From NCBI RefSeq assembly GCF_030684315.1, contig NC_081376.1:18333018-18397017 (forward strand): a DNA stretch of 64,000 bases. Reading direction: 5' to 3'. The notes below the pieces were generated by a model that was not told the DNA's origin, made no database searches, and was given only the letters and a program-made list of their open reading frames with translations. Both the position numbers and the translations under genes were made by a program. Shown in pieces: positions 1-12,654 of this stretch (position 1 is the stretch's first letter; each line of letters opens with the position of its first letter). Source of the stretch: Stegostoma tigrinum. Lineage: Eukaryota.

Positions 1-1469
1 GCTGACCATGGTTCCCACTCAGCTAAGTGAGTCATGTGACAATATGCATGACTAAATTAAGCTTGCATAGATCCCTTGATGACATTGATGGCCATGGCTT
101 AGATCAAGCCCAATAGACTCATGCGTTAAGCCACCTTTTCCCTTAGGTGCCCTAACTTCTCCATGCATTGTCACTGCAAAAAGATAAAATCTCATCTCTG
201 CATCTCTCAATCTAGCTCTTTCTCCCCCCAACTCAGTGAAATCCCTTACCTCCCTCAGCGATTCTCCAATATGGAGTGTTTTAAAGACACATATTTATGT
301 TTCCCCCTTCTTTAATAACCCAATTCTTCCTCCTCTCACATTTTCATCCAAAGCACAGGGATGTCTAATTTTTTTGAAAAAGTCAAGAGAAGAGTCACAT
401 GTTTGACAGAGAAGGAGGTCATGTGAAGGTTGCTCACAAATGTAGCTGATGGAACAGAAAGAGGGAAGTGACATGAAGCAGGCAGTGCTCGTGGGAGGCT
501 GATGCCCATCCAGAAATGAGGAACTGAAACAACGTCAATAGGAAAATATTTCACACAAATAGAATAGAAAGAGAGAATTCCTTTAGTGGACCTCAGATCA
601 TCCTGGTCTAGACACATACAATAGTAATGGAGGTGTTAACAAAAGGGTAGCAATTAATCTCTATCAACTAATTCGACACAGATCCCAATGAGATAAGTAA
701 ATCGCCAGAGGTGAAGGCCTTCAGAAACCTGAGTGCCAAAACTACCAGCCCTCCTAATCACTTAACCTCCTTCAACCCTACACCACACTGGGATACCTCT
801 ATTCCATTACTTCTGGCTGCTTGTCCCAACACTGTTTAAATTGCTGCACCATTTGTGATAGGGCCTTCAGGCTCTGGAATTCCCTCCCCGAACCTCTCAT
901 CTTTAAAACACGGTATGAAACCTCCCTTTAGGTTCATGCTTTTGCTCATTGGTCCTAATGTTTCCTGATGCAATTCAGAGCCTATTCAGGGACAATGCAC
1001 ATTGGAGGAGTCTTTAAGACATGCTACTGGGTTAAAGGTTCTTTAGAGACACTTAACCCATGATGATGGCAGGAAGGCATCACTGTTATGTACATGCTCC
1101 TGATGGGAATCTGTCTTACAAGGGGCCCTTTACTTTCCCAGTGTTTACACTAGAGGCTTTAGGGCCAAACCGCACTTGCTTAACTATCAGCTGTGACCCT
1201 GTTTTTGGTAAACTTGTGCTAAATCAGATGTTCAGGTGTTCAAGGTCCACTCCAAAGATTTGGATATGTGACATAGGCTCAGACTCCAGAATCAAAACTC
1301 TTTGGTTTTGCCTCATCATGTTCTCATCAAAGTCCAGTAAAGAGATTCTCACAATCGTGGATGACACCAAGTAGCTAACCTCTAAATGAATAAAATCAGC
1401 AGCATTTTACTGCAGAAATGTCGAGCTGCACTGATGCCCGAGTGGTCTATACACTGCTCTCTGTGGCAG

Positions 1470-1815
1470 TCACCCCTACAGTCAGTATTAGCTTTATCTC
1501 AGGCTCAGAAAGTCATGGGTCTAAGTTCGACTGCACAGACTCTGACACACAATCTGGTCTGACTCTTCAGAATAAAAAATGAAAGATGCTGCATTGTTGG
1601 AGCTGCTGTCTTTCATCGAGGGAATCGATAGTGGTACGATCTGTGCTCTCAAGTGGAAGCTAAAAAAATCTCACAGCACCAGTTCAAAAAATAGCAGGAA
1701 ATCCTCCCTCGTATCGTGCCCAATAAACATCCCTCAAACAATATTACTGAAATCAAATAAGTTAGTCACCATTTCTCTGCAGTTAGTCTCATCAATGACA
1801 AAACTGGCTGTCAAC
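1470..1815 (+). mobile_element. Old tRNA-derived SINE (Deu/SacSINE-like). Related copies at about 4880-5270(-), 36270-36430, 41690-41900, 52480-53140(-), 55740-56060 and 57960-58270(-)
   Basis: Recurring head (tcagaa..gtgggttcaagtc.cact.cagagac.tgagc) and body (gctgcactgtc..aggtgc, aaattggctg) shared among the copies. Confidence 0.55.
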
Positions 1816-2639
1816 ATAGGTACAGGAGGAAGCCATTTCATCACTCCCACCCCAAGTCTGTTTGACCATTCAACATAATTTTGCCTGATTTTTGATTGAA
1901 CTCTATATATGTGCCTGTGCCTCATATCTCTCAATGTGTTTGATTAACTAAGCCTCATCTGTCTCAGGTAAGCATTTTCCAATTGATATCGCATCAATTG
2001 AGGAAGAAAGTTCCAAATCATTCACTGCTGTTCACGTGTTGGAGTGTTTCTGACTCCATTCCTCATTAGGCTGACTCACACACTTTGATTTTTCCTCAGT
2101 TCTTGATTCTGCAAATAGTGCAACAATTTTCCAGCAATTTACTTTAGCTGTTCGCCTTGATAGCTTGACAACTTTGATGAAATCACCCATTAACTTCCAG
2201 GTTTTCCAGGAAAACCGCACTAGCTTGTATTACCTCTCCTCACAATTCAACATTTATCGTTCTGATAAACCTGCAGCTGTATTCCTTTAGAGGTCAATAT
2301 ATTCTTCCTAAAGTGTGGTGCCTATAATACAATGGGTTAAGACTGATTGTGTAATATGCTGATGAAACTCAATATACATCACAGGATGATATAATGTCAC
2401 CAGATCTTGTTCTCCTTTGCAGCTTTGACATAAAAAGTCAGTTGCACACGGCAGAAAAAGCACTTCAGCCCATCAAGTCTGCACTGACAGTATGGCGGTA
2501 AGATGAAGCCACATTAATAAGTTTCTGAAATAAAGTTGATGCTTTTCTGACCTCAGAAGTTATTGTAAATATTCTTCAGCAGCATAATGACACAAAAATC
2601 ACATACAGTGGCAATGGGTGAAAGAAAAGATATGGAAAG

Positions 2640-3500
2640 GTCTGGTATTAGGCAAAAGTTTCAAACAGGTCACAGGTCCAAATCAAGCAAGGCCACACTG
2701 AATTCAATTGAAGTTTTACAAATTTGGCTTCACTGTGAGGTTTAAACAATGATCAAGTCAGTACACCATTGTATGCAGATAGTGGCTGCACAGAAGATAT
2801 CCTAGTTAGACAAGGGGCTGGTAAAAAAAAGGCTAAGAATGAGGAAGCAGTAAACGCACTCAAAGTTGAATTCAATCTTTGGGATAAACTACCACTGTCA
2901 AACAGGATAATAAAATGTGAGGCTGGATGAACACAGCAGGCCGAGCAGCATCACAGGAGCACAAAAGCTGACGTGAAGGGTCTAGGCCCGAAACGTCAGC
3001 TTTTGTGCTCCTGAGATGCTGCTCGGCCTGCTGTGTTCATCCAGCCTCACGTTTTATTATCTTGGATTCTCCAGCATCTGCAGTTCCCATTATCACTGTC
3101 AAACAGGCCTTATTTAACACGTGTACCCAAAAACAAGGGGAAAGTATTGATGCATTTATCAGTGATCTGTACAGACTTGCAGAGAAGTATGAGTAAGCAA
3201 ATTGAAAGAAGAACTAATCAGGTATAGAACTGTTGTCTGGTCACTTGCAGTTAAGTAATGACTTGACATTAACAAAGACAATTGAAGAGAAAAGCTGAGT
3301 TCAGGAAATAAAGTTGATTGGTTATTCAGGGTGACAGGGAAAACCATATCCCAAACATGGAGTCTGTTCATTTTAAAAGGAGAGAAATGATCAAGCAAAA
3401 ATAGGGGAGGCAGGAAACATGTGCATCAACTAATGATTGTTGGTGTCAGGGGAGTTGCCCAACTAAAGAAGCCAAAATGTCATTTTTACAAGATTTGTAC
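2640..3500 (+). mobile_element. Gypsy-type LTR retrotransposon gag relic
   Basis: QVSTPLYA..GCTEDILVRQG, FNTCTQKQGESIDAFISDLYRLAEK.E..LKEELIR and a CP.KEAKC knuckle remnant. Interrupted by the 2907-3093 mini-element. Confidence 0.7.
2907..3093. mobile_element. Fold-back (head-to-head) PLE pLTR mini-element
   Basis: Inverted copies of the pLTR. Perfect 14-bp TSD cactgtcaaacagg at 2893-2906 and 3094-3107. Confidence 0.85.
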
Positions 3501-3992
3501 TAAAGCCTAATGGTTCAATCAAGCAGTGCTTTTTCTTACCTCACCAGGCAACAATATAACCAACACTTTTCAGAGAGGACCACAGTGACAAGCTGAATTT
3601 TAATAATAAATCCACTTAAAGGGCAACACTGGCACTGCCAGCATTGTCATTATAAGAACAGCATTGCCGATATACTCTGCTGTCAGTAATGGATCGCTTA
3701 TCCCACTCAGCAACAGGCCCCCTTTGTAAATTATTCTCATACAGCCTGCCAATGCAGTATTACTATTACATCTGTAAACACACACAGCCCTCTTTCATGA
3801 ACTGCAGCAATGTACAAACACGCTTACTTCACTTGTTGTTACTGGATGAAGAGGTCCTCTGAATCTTGCAGATAGAAAGCCAACAGTTTTGTGTGTTTTT
3901 CACCCTGCCTCTTCCCGTGCTGTTTCAACCTTTTACCCTTAGAAAAGCTTTTCAACACTGCTTTGAAACTCTCTCCCATGTACACATCATAC

Positions 3993-4008
3993 AGTGCCCT
4001 CTGCTGGG
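3993..4008 (-). promoter_or_regulatory. CTCF motif
   Basis: The minus strand reads CCCAGCAGAGGGCACT, matching the CCAGYAGRGGGCRC core. Confidence 0.6.
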
Positions 4009-6870
4009 ATCATCACAAGATACAACCTCCCAACGACCTTCAAGCGAGTCAATCGGTTTAATTTGCTGGGGAGTGTATTCATTTCAGTTAACTCATTGTT
4101 TCCCTCTGAGCATATTATCTTGAAGCAGTCAGTCATCCTAAACACATGAAAATAAGAAAAGGGGCGTTTTGTACAAAAGCCATCATGGGGAAAATCTAGA
4201 ATAAGAGGATACATTCATAAAATTAAATCTAGGGCATTTAAGAGCAAGCATTTTGCTTTATTTAAAAGATAATGGCAGTGTGTAGCACATACAAGATTCC
4301 TTACAGCAGTTTTCCCAGGCTCCTTCAAGAATAACTTGCAAACCTGTGACTTTTACTACCTAGAAGGACAAGGGCAGGAGGCAGAGGGGATCACCATCGT
4401 CTGCAAGTTCCTCTCCAAGTCACAAACTATCCTGACTTGGAACAACATCACTGTTGCTGGATCAAATTCCTGGAATTACCTCCCTAACATCACTGTGGGT
4501 ATACCCATCGCAGATAAATCGCAGCAGTTTAAGAAGGTTACTGTTTCACTGCCATTGCCTCAAGGGCAATTATAACAGGCAAAAATCATGCCCACATCCT
4601 TCAAGAGTAGTAAAAGTCAATTGGAACTACTGCTGTCTAAAAAAATTTAGTGTACTTGTTCAATTACACAGAATGAACAGAACCAAGACAGATCATTGGG
4701 CCCAAATGTTCTCTGTTAGTTATTGTCCTCCACATCAGCTTCCTTTCTCAGCCCCTTTTCAGCTCACCCTATCAGCATAGAGACCTCCTTCATGTGCTTT
4801 TCTAGCTTCCCCTCAAATGCCTCAATTCTTTGTCTTCACTGCCTGCTGTTTTAACAGAAAAACCTGCATGTACATACCATTCGGAAGACAATCTAACATT
4901 TCAAAGCACTGCAGAGCCTTTTTGAAACATGGGGACTCAATGTTTCAAAATCAAAACAGCGAACTAACGCACAGTAAGCTCCCAAATGCAGCAATGTGAC
5001 AATGACAGGCTATAATTGCGATGTTTACTGAAGGAGAAACACTGTCCAGGACACTGGTTGTATCACCGCTGCTCTTTTTCAAAACAGTGCCACAGGAGCT
5101 TTCATATCCAGTGATCAGACAGATGGCATGTCATTTTAACAGTGTATCCAATGATAGCATAATTGGCCATTCTCAGCACTGCATTGGAATGTCACTTTTG
5201 ATTTTTGTACCCAAGACCTGGAGTGGGACCAGAACCTTGTGATTGCGAGGTGAGAGAGTTGCCAACAGAGCCACAGTTATTTCAAGTTCTGTCATCTTCT
5301 CACCTTCCAGATAAAGAATTCCATATTGGATTTTTTGGACTCATATTTTTGTCTCCTAATTTTGGACTTCCCAACAGGTGGAAAAATTGTTTCTATGTAA
5401 ACCATTTCAAACCCTTTCAGAATTTTTGAAACCACTCTTAGGTCACTCCTCAGCCTTTCAACTTCTAGCAAAAAACAAAACTCAGCCACCTGTAGACCTT
5501 CCCTGCTCATAATAATCACTCACTTCTGGAATCAACTTTGGAAGTCAATGATGTAGCTTCTCAAGAGCCTCTGTATTAATTTTGAAAAATGGAGATCAGA
5601 AATGCTGGAACTATCAAATGATCAATAGATTTTTGGCAGCTAAGGGAATCTAGAAGCAAGTGAGTAAATTGTGTTGAGGTACAGATTAGCCATGTCTTGC
5701 TAGAATGTCAGACCAGAACAAAGGCTGAATGGCCTCCTCCTGGATGACGATGAAGAGAGATACGCACCACAATCAGACAGGATGTACTTTCTGATTTTGG
5801 GTGAAGTTGTTTCACTGCAGTGGGATGAATAGAAATTGAACTGGAGCGAGTCAAATGGTGGTGTGCAGGAAAGATGAGCACTGATTTGTTAAATGACAAT
5901 ATAAAGACCTTGGAAAAGTAGGGGAGGGTAGAGATCAGGTGGGGTTGGGGAATGGTAGTTTGAAGGGATGAGGAGGAGTCTCACAATGTTGGTTTTTGGA
6001 AAGAAAGGCATCCAGTAATCAAGGAAAGGGAAGAGATTACAAATGCCAGGGGATCAGGAACGGAAGCCAGGTGGTGGTCAAGAGTTTATCAAAAATAGGA
6101 TCAAGGGAGCAAGAGGTGGGTTTCAGTCATGAACCAAAAGAGTATGTGGAAGTGAAATTAAATGGATGTGGTCCAATCCCATAGAAGAAAGAAAGGAATC
6201 TCCAAATTATATTGATAAAAGGCATAGAGGGAAAGCATTTCACTTCATGAAACTTTTACTGTAACAGTCAAACCAACAATCAACTTAAGAAAAACTAACC
6301 AAAGGTATTTCACTTGATAAGATGAATTTCACTTTTAATTGCCAATACCAATAAAGATACATTTTAGAAAACAGTAACCGTTCATATCATACATACATGG
6401 CTTTGCATGCAATTTCAAACTTCTCTAAAATTACCTCTGTTAACTATGAACCCTCTCATATCTCTCAATAAATCAATTCAGTTCTCAAATCATATCAACC
6501 ACAGCTGCCTTTTGTCCGCAACTGTGTCCGGAGATAATGTTAACATTGACAAGGTCCAAGCCTACACATCCTCTCTCACTTGGGTCATGTGTGTCTTGAT
6601 GTCATAGCTGTCCACTGTCACATATGAATTGGGACAAGTTGGGACGCAGTACTTTTAACTGGGTGTCTCCCTGGTTCAAATCTCTTACTCAAGGGGAAAG
6701 CAAGTAAGTGTTGATTTATTTTTCAACTGACCGACGAACAACATTCAGTGTACAGTCTGGTCCTCCAACCAAACTCTCAGCTACTTAGTATAGATGAGCT
6801 GTTCACCCCAATTTCAGGATTCAGTCCCTGTTAGTTCTCACATGCATTTTGCTAACAGATTCTGGAGTTG

Positions 6871-6966
6871 ATCGTAACAAAGTGTAGAGCTGGATGAACA
6901 CAGCAGGCCAAGCAGCATCTTAGGAGCACAAAAGCTGATGTTTCGGGCCTAGACCCTTCATCAGAG
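6871..6966 (-). mobile_element. Solo PLE pLTR (96 bp)
   Basis: Perfect 15-bp TSD cagattctggagttg at 6856-6870 and 6967-6981. Carries a CTGATGA..GAAA core on the minus strand. Confidence 0.85.
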
Positions 6967-7544
6967 CAGATTCTGGAGTTGTATTTTTTTTCTTGCAAAA
7001 ACAAAAAACTTATCTTTCTGTAGGAAGCTTTGTTTCACACCTATGAATTCTGCATCCTTTCATGGTGCCCCATTTCAGATTAGGCTAAACAAGGCACCAC
7101 CTCAATTAGCTTTATCTTTAGCTTTAAATCCTTTAACAACCTCAGCCAGAGGTTAGATTTAGCGACGCCATACCCAAGAAATCCCTTTTTAAAAACATCT
7201 TCAGTTTCAATTTGAATTTAAAGAATCATCTGACAATCAAACTTGTTGCAGATGTGTCAGCCTTCATTGTGTGCTAAGTCAGAGAGACTTAAGTAAATAT
7301 ACTCTAGTAGGTTATTCAACATGATTTTTAAAAAACTGTCCTCAGTTTTGTTTATGGGTGCTGACCGTTCATTAACATCATGATACAATATCAAATTGAG
7401 ACAGTTATCCAGTGGATTTTAGTGGTTTCATTCTCAAGTTTCAATATAAATCCAAGTAAGTGTTAATTAAAGTATTTCCTCATACTGTTGTTCTTTAATT
7501 TTAAGAAAAATGCTTTTCCCAGTTCATGGGATTTTAGTACCTGT

Positions 7545-8162
7545 TAAAAGTAGCAACACAGATCGCCTGTTGGAATGTCTGGGTTTTACTGGATTTGTAT
7601 TTGCTAAGTTTGTGTTTAGACGTGGCAGAGGAGGAAAACATGATTTGGACAGAATCAGTGAATGGGCAAATGTACAAAGGATGTAGTTTAATGCAGATAA
7701 GTATTAGTTTATCCACTGTGGTAGCAAAAATAGGAAGGCAGACTATTATTTGAATGGTTATAAATTGAGAGAGTGGTATGTTTAACAAAACCTGGGTATC
7801 CTTGTGCACCAGTCACTGAAAGTAAGCTCACAGGTGCAGCAGGCAGTAAAGAAGGCAAACTGTATGTTGGCCTTTATAAAGAGAGGAACAGGAATGTACA
7901 GGAATAATGATGTTTTGCTGCAATTATACAGGGTGTGGGAAAGCCACACCTGGGATATTATTTGCAGTTTTGATCTCCTTATCTACCAAAAGATGTTCTT
8001 TTAATCGAGGAATTTCAGCGAAGGTTTACCAAATTGATTTCTAGGATGGCAGGACTGGCATATGAGGAGAGATTGAGTTGGTTAGGATTATATTCACTGG
8101 AGCTTCGAAAAATGATGGGAGATCTCACAGCAACCTATAAAACTCTAACAGGACTGGACAGG
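7545..8162 (+). mobile_element. Degenerate CR1 RT fragment
   Basis: HQSLKVSSQVQQAVKKANCMLAFI, LAYEERLSWLGLYSLE. Confidence 0.8.
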
Positions 8163-8313
8163 ACATGGAGGTGCAGATGTTGGACTGGGGGTGGACAAAG
8201 TCAGAAGTCACACAACATCAGGTTATAGTCCAACAAGTTTATTTGAAATCACAACCTTTCAGAGTGTAGCCCCTGACTTCACTTGATGATGTCACGTGAC
8301 TTCTGACTTTGTC
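8163..8313. mobile_element. Fold-back mini-element of a third family (probable PLE pLTR)
   Basis: gacaaagtcagaagtcac (about 8193) is inverted against gtgacttctgactttgtc (about 8296). Confidence 0.5.
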
Positions 8314-9467
8314 TCTTAGGCATTGGAGGGTTTCCTCCACTGTTCTCACTGATCTACATTGGCTTCCATTCCAGCCACACTCCGATTTTAAGTTTTCCAT
8401 CCATTTTTTTCAGATCCCTTGATGGTCTCACTTATCTTTTCTACCTCCTCCAGCTTTGCAACCCTTTGCACTCTCCTAATTCAGATCTCTGGTCTATTGC
8501 TCCACCACAGTTGACAACATCTTTAGCAGTCTGCACCCTAAATTCTGGGACTTGCTCCATTCACCTCTTTGTTTCTACCAGGTCCCTTCTTTAAGATTTT
8601 TGTGGAAGAAAATAGAATAACTTTTATGACTAAACATTCAGCATTTGTCCCACTGTTTCCTTATGTAGTTTGACGTCAAGGTTTATTTGGTATCATTCCT
8701 GTGAAGTGCTTTGGGGTAATGCTGCCGAACCCTTCCTTTTAAAGAGGAGAAAACAAAATAGCACACCACTCGAAGTGCTGTGATTTAAATGGAAATGCCT
8801 CACTTTGGCAAATCAGAGCCCAAGCAGATTTAGAAAGAGTATGAGGATTTCAAGTGAACATGGGCTCAGTTCAGAGGTAATCTGAAGTTGGTTCTCGCCA
8901 GGTTTATAAGGAAGGAGAAAGAGGGCCATAATCTTGGTGCAATTAAAGGTGATAATGGTTTTAAATGTGCCCAGTTCTGAGGAAAAAGGGATCTTGGATT
9001 TCAAGTCCACAGCTCCCTAAAAGTGACCATGCAGGTGGGGAAGATGGCAAAAAAGGCATATGCTTTTACGGGTTAGGGAATTGAGAACAAGAGTCAGGAT
9101 GCCTTGTTGCAACTTTATAAGACTTTGATTAGGCCACACTTAGAATATTGCATTCAGTTCTGGTTGTCACATTATGGAAGGATGTGGGAGTTTTGAAGAG
9201 GGTGAAGAAGAGGTTTACCAGGATGCTGCCTGGATTAGAGGGTATGAGCTACAGGGTGAGGCTAGAAAAACTCAGGTTGTTTTATTCACAGGAGCAGAGG
9301 CTGAGGGGGGAGATTGATAGAAATCTATAAGATTATGAGATGTGTAGATAGGGTTAATGTCAGAATCTTCTGCCCAGAGCTGAAATGTCTTACAACTGGG
9401 GAGATTGATTTAAGGTGAAAGAAGTAAAGTTCAAAGGAGGTGTGAGGGGCAAGTTTTTACAGCCAGT

Positions 9468-10521
9468 TCCCCCTCGTTCTCACACATCACCCTACCAACC
9501 TCCGGATACAACGCATCATCCTCCGACACTTCCGCCATTTACAATCTGACCCCACCACCCAAGACATTTTTCCATCCCCACCCCTGTCTGCTTTCCGGAG
9601 AGACCACTCTCTCCGTGACACCCCTGTTCGCTCCACACTGCCCTCCAACCCCACCACACCCGGCACCTTCCCCTGCAACCGCAGGAAATGCTACACTTGC
9701 CCCCACACCTCCTCCCTCACCCCTATCCCAGGCCCCAAGATGACATTCCACATTAAGCAGAGGTTCACCTGCACATCTGCCAATGTGGTATACTGCATCC
9801 ACTGTACCCGGTGTGGCTCCTCTACATTGGGGAAACCAAGCAGAGGCTTGGAGACCGCTTTACAGAACACCTCCGCTCAGTTCGCAACAAACAACTGCAC
9901 CTCCCAGTCGCAAACCATTTCCACTCCCCCTCCCATTCTTTAGATGACATGTGCATCATGGGCCTCCTGCAGTGCCACAATGATGCCACCCGAAGGTTGC
10001 AGGAACAGCAACTCATATTCCGCCTGGGAACCCTGCAGCCTAATGGTATCAATGTGGACTTCACCAGTTTCAAAATCTCCCCTTCCCCAACTGCATCCCT
10101 AAACCAGCCCAGTTTGTCCCCTCCCCCCACTGCACCACACAACCAGCCCAGCTCTTCCCCCCCACCCACTGCATCCCAAAACCAGTCCAACCTGTCTCTG
10201 CCTCCCTAACCTGTTCTTCCTCCCACCCCAAGCTGCACCCCCATCTACCTACTAACCTCATCCCACCTCCTTGACCTGTCCGTCTTCCCTGGACTGACCT
10301 ATTCCCTCCCTCCCTCCCTACCTCCCCACCTATACTCTCCTCTCCACCTATCTTCTTTTCTCTCCATCTTTGGTCCGCCTCCCCCTCTCTCCCTATTTAT
10401 TCCAGTTCCCTCACCCCATCCCTCTCTCTGATGAAGGGTCTAGGCCCGAAACGTCAGCTTTTGTGCTCCTGAGATGCTGCTTGGCCTGCTGTGTTCATCC
10501 AGCCTCACATTTTATTATCTC
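9468..10521 (+). mobile_element. 5'-truncated Penelope-like element (Neptune-type): Zn-finger + GIY-YIG + pLTR, inserted in a CR1
   Basis: PCNRRKCYTC linker, NVVYCIHCTRCG..LYIGETK..RF.EH..HF..QEQ..TLQPNGIN; pyrimidine-rich tail and a CTGATGA..GAAAC terminal repeat. TSD tttttacag(c/a)cagt at 9454-9467 and 10522-10535. Confidence 0.9.
10428..10455 (+). ncRNA. Minimal type I hammerhead ribozyme core in PLE pLTR
   Basis: CUGAUGA-a-GGGU(cuag)GCCC-GAAA-C-GUC. Same core at 15776-15803, 37967-37994 and 53692-53719(-), and with a stem II mismatch at 62739-62766. PLE pLTRs are known to carry minimal hammerheads. Confidence 0.75.
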
Positions 10522-11142
10522 TTTTTACAGACAGTGGTAGGCAGATTCGATAGGGACATTTAAGGGGCTTTTAGATAAGCACATGACTATGCAAGGAGTG
10601 GAGGGATCTAGACCGAGGGCAGGCGGAAGGGATTAGTTCAGTTTGGCGTCATTGTTCGGCACAACAGTTCTAAGGACTAGCTGCAGTCAGTATTTCAGTG
10701 GGATGTTTCAGCTTTTCTAGGTTCAGATGGCTACACCACTGAGCGGTGCTGTCGAGTAGAGTCGTGTGTTCATTTCAGCCCCTAATTCTGATGGAACAAA
10801 CAGGAATTGGCGAAAGGTTTAAATTAAAACGAAGGTACTTTTGTCAATTTCCCTCGTTAAACTGCCAGCCTTCATGTAAATGGCGTTGATCTGTGAAGTT
10901 TCAGGTACATCTCGGCTGTATTTTATGAATACTTTTCGGGCCTCAAGTTTCTCCCAGTCTCAAGTTGAACTGTCTTCGGGAAGGGTGAGGGGTGTTGCTG
11001 TTCAAATTGAGACCGTCGGCAATCCGAGGCCCGAGATTATAATTTTTAGAGATAGCGCTGGGGTTTGTTTTTAAGAGCAAAGACTCACTAGAGTTACGAT
11101 TCCTAGGTTTAAACCCTCTCACTGAGACAGAACAGGAAACGC

Positions 11143-11158
11143 GGTGACATCTGCTGGA
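11143..11158 (-). promoter_or_regulatory. CTCF-like motif
   Basis: The minus strand reads TCCAGCAGATGTCACC, one mismatch from the CCAGCAGATGGCAC core. Confidence 0.4.
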
Positions 11159-12654
11159 AACGCAAGTATTAACATGAGGTAAGATGCAGTATTGACATGT
11201 TGTTCAGCCACTGACACAAAACAGCAAGAGAGCAAGTGGACCTGAACTGCTCTGGTCAGTCCTGCAATGTAACAGCCAGTCTGCAGCGAAAAAAAAATCC
11301 AATTTATTGCACATTTCTACAACATTCGAAACATCCTGGACAACCAATGTTTTTTTTAAATGCAGGTCTATTATAAAATAGCAAAGGCATTAATCAGTTT
11401 GTAACAGTAATGTGATAGTGATAAGTTTTGATATACTAGATTAACAGTAACCTGTGACATAAAGGACTCCCTTGCTCTTGTTTCAAGTGGTGCTGACACA
11501 CTTACTTACAGGGCAGGCTGGCCTTAGTTTTATCATTTCACCTGAAAAACTGCAAGTCCAGTAGTGTGTGGCTTACTCGTGTGATCATGTGCTGAAAATG
11601 ATATTATGTCTTGAGAAAAGATCTTGAACCTCTGACCTTTGGATTCAGAAGCAAGTGCGCTGTGGACAGTATTGGTCACCTTATATAAGCCAGGATGTAA
11701 ATGCAGTGAAAACATTTATCAACCCTGTGACTGAATTTTTGAGGGTATTTTGGGAACTTTTGAGAGCAAATTCACAGGTACAGTGTACTTCGAATGCTAC
11801 TTCTCAATTAGAAAAATAGTTTCTATCTAACCTATTATGTTCCTGTTAACAGCTTGAAAATTTTAATCAAACCACCACTTAATCTTCTCCAGGGAATGGA
11901 ATCCCAATTTGTGAAACCTCTTGTCAAATGCAGATAGCTTTCTGGTAAATTTACATGACACTCCCTCCAAAGCCAGTATATCGAGGTGCCCAGAACTGAA
12001 CAGGGTACTCTAGATGTGGTCCCATCACAGATTAGTATGGCTAAAACATGACTTCCAAGTCCCCACCCTCTATTCTACTTCCCTAGACAGAACATCCAAC
12101 ATTCCATTAGACTTTCTGATTTTTTTTTTAACCTTTTCATGGCCCCAGAAGATCCATGTACCATGACCTCCCAGACTCATCAGACCTCCAATGTTTCTCA
12201 GTTTTCACCATTTAGTAAGTCTTTATATTTTTGTTGAATCCAAAGTGGATGATTTTACATTTTCCTTTTTGAAACCCATTTAACTCAATTGTCCACTCAT
12301 GTAATATAGCAATATCATTCTATAATTTTAAGCTGCCATTAGCACTGTATACAATACCATCTATCTTTATATTAGCAGTGTGCATTCAACATGGGAGGGG
12401 CGATGGTGTAGCAGTAATGTCTCTAAACTAGTTACAATATACCTAGAATACTGAGAACAGTTTTGGTCTCCTTGTCGCAGGAAAGAAATGCTGATGTTGG
12501 AGGCAGTTCAGAAAAAATCCACAACATTGATTCTGGATATGAAGGGATTTTCTTGTAAGGAAAGTAGATTGGGCTTGTACTTGAGTTTAGAAGAATGAGG
12601 GGTGACCCATTTGAAACGTACAAGATTCTTAGAGGCTTGACTGGGTAGATGTGA

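Larger units (their letters stand above)
8905..10668 (+). mobile_element. CR1 3' fragment split by the 9468-10521 PLE
   Basis: KRFTRMLPGLEGMSY..L; the CR1 3'UTR resumes after 10522. Confidence 0.8.

Noticed and set aside
2423-2497. Exon-like segment with good AG/GT (FDIKSQLHTAEKALQPIKSALTVW)
   Set aside because: Most of it resembles the reverse complement of a CR1/SINE tail (cagaaa..cttcagcccatcaagtctgcactgac), and no protein was recognised.
2907-3093. Fold-back elements read as MITEs, pre-miRNAs or CRISPR repeats
   Set aside because: The arms are identical to the ends of ORF-bearing PLEs, the TSDs are 13-15 bp and the arms are asymmetric, unlike DNA-transposon TIRs. There is no spacer array.
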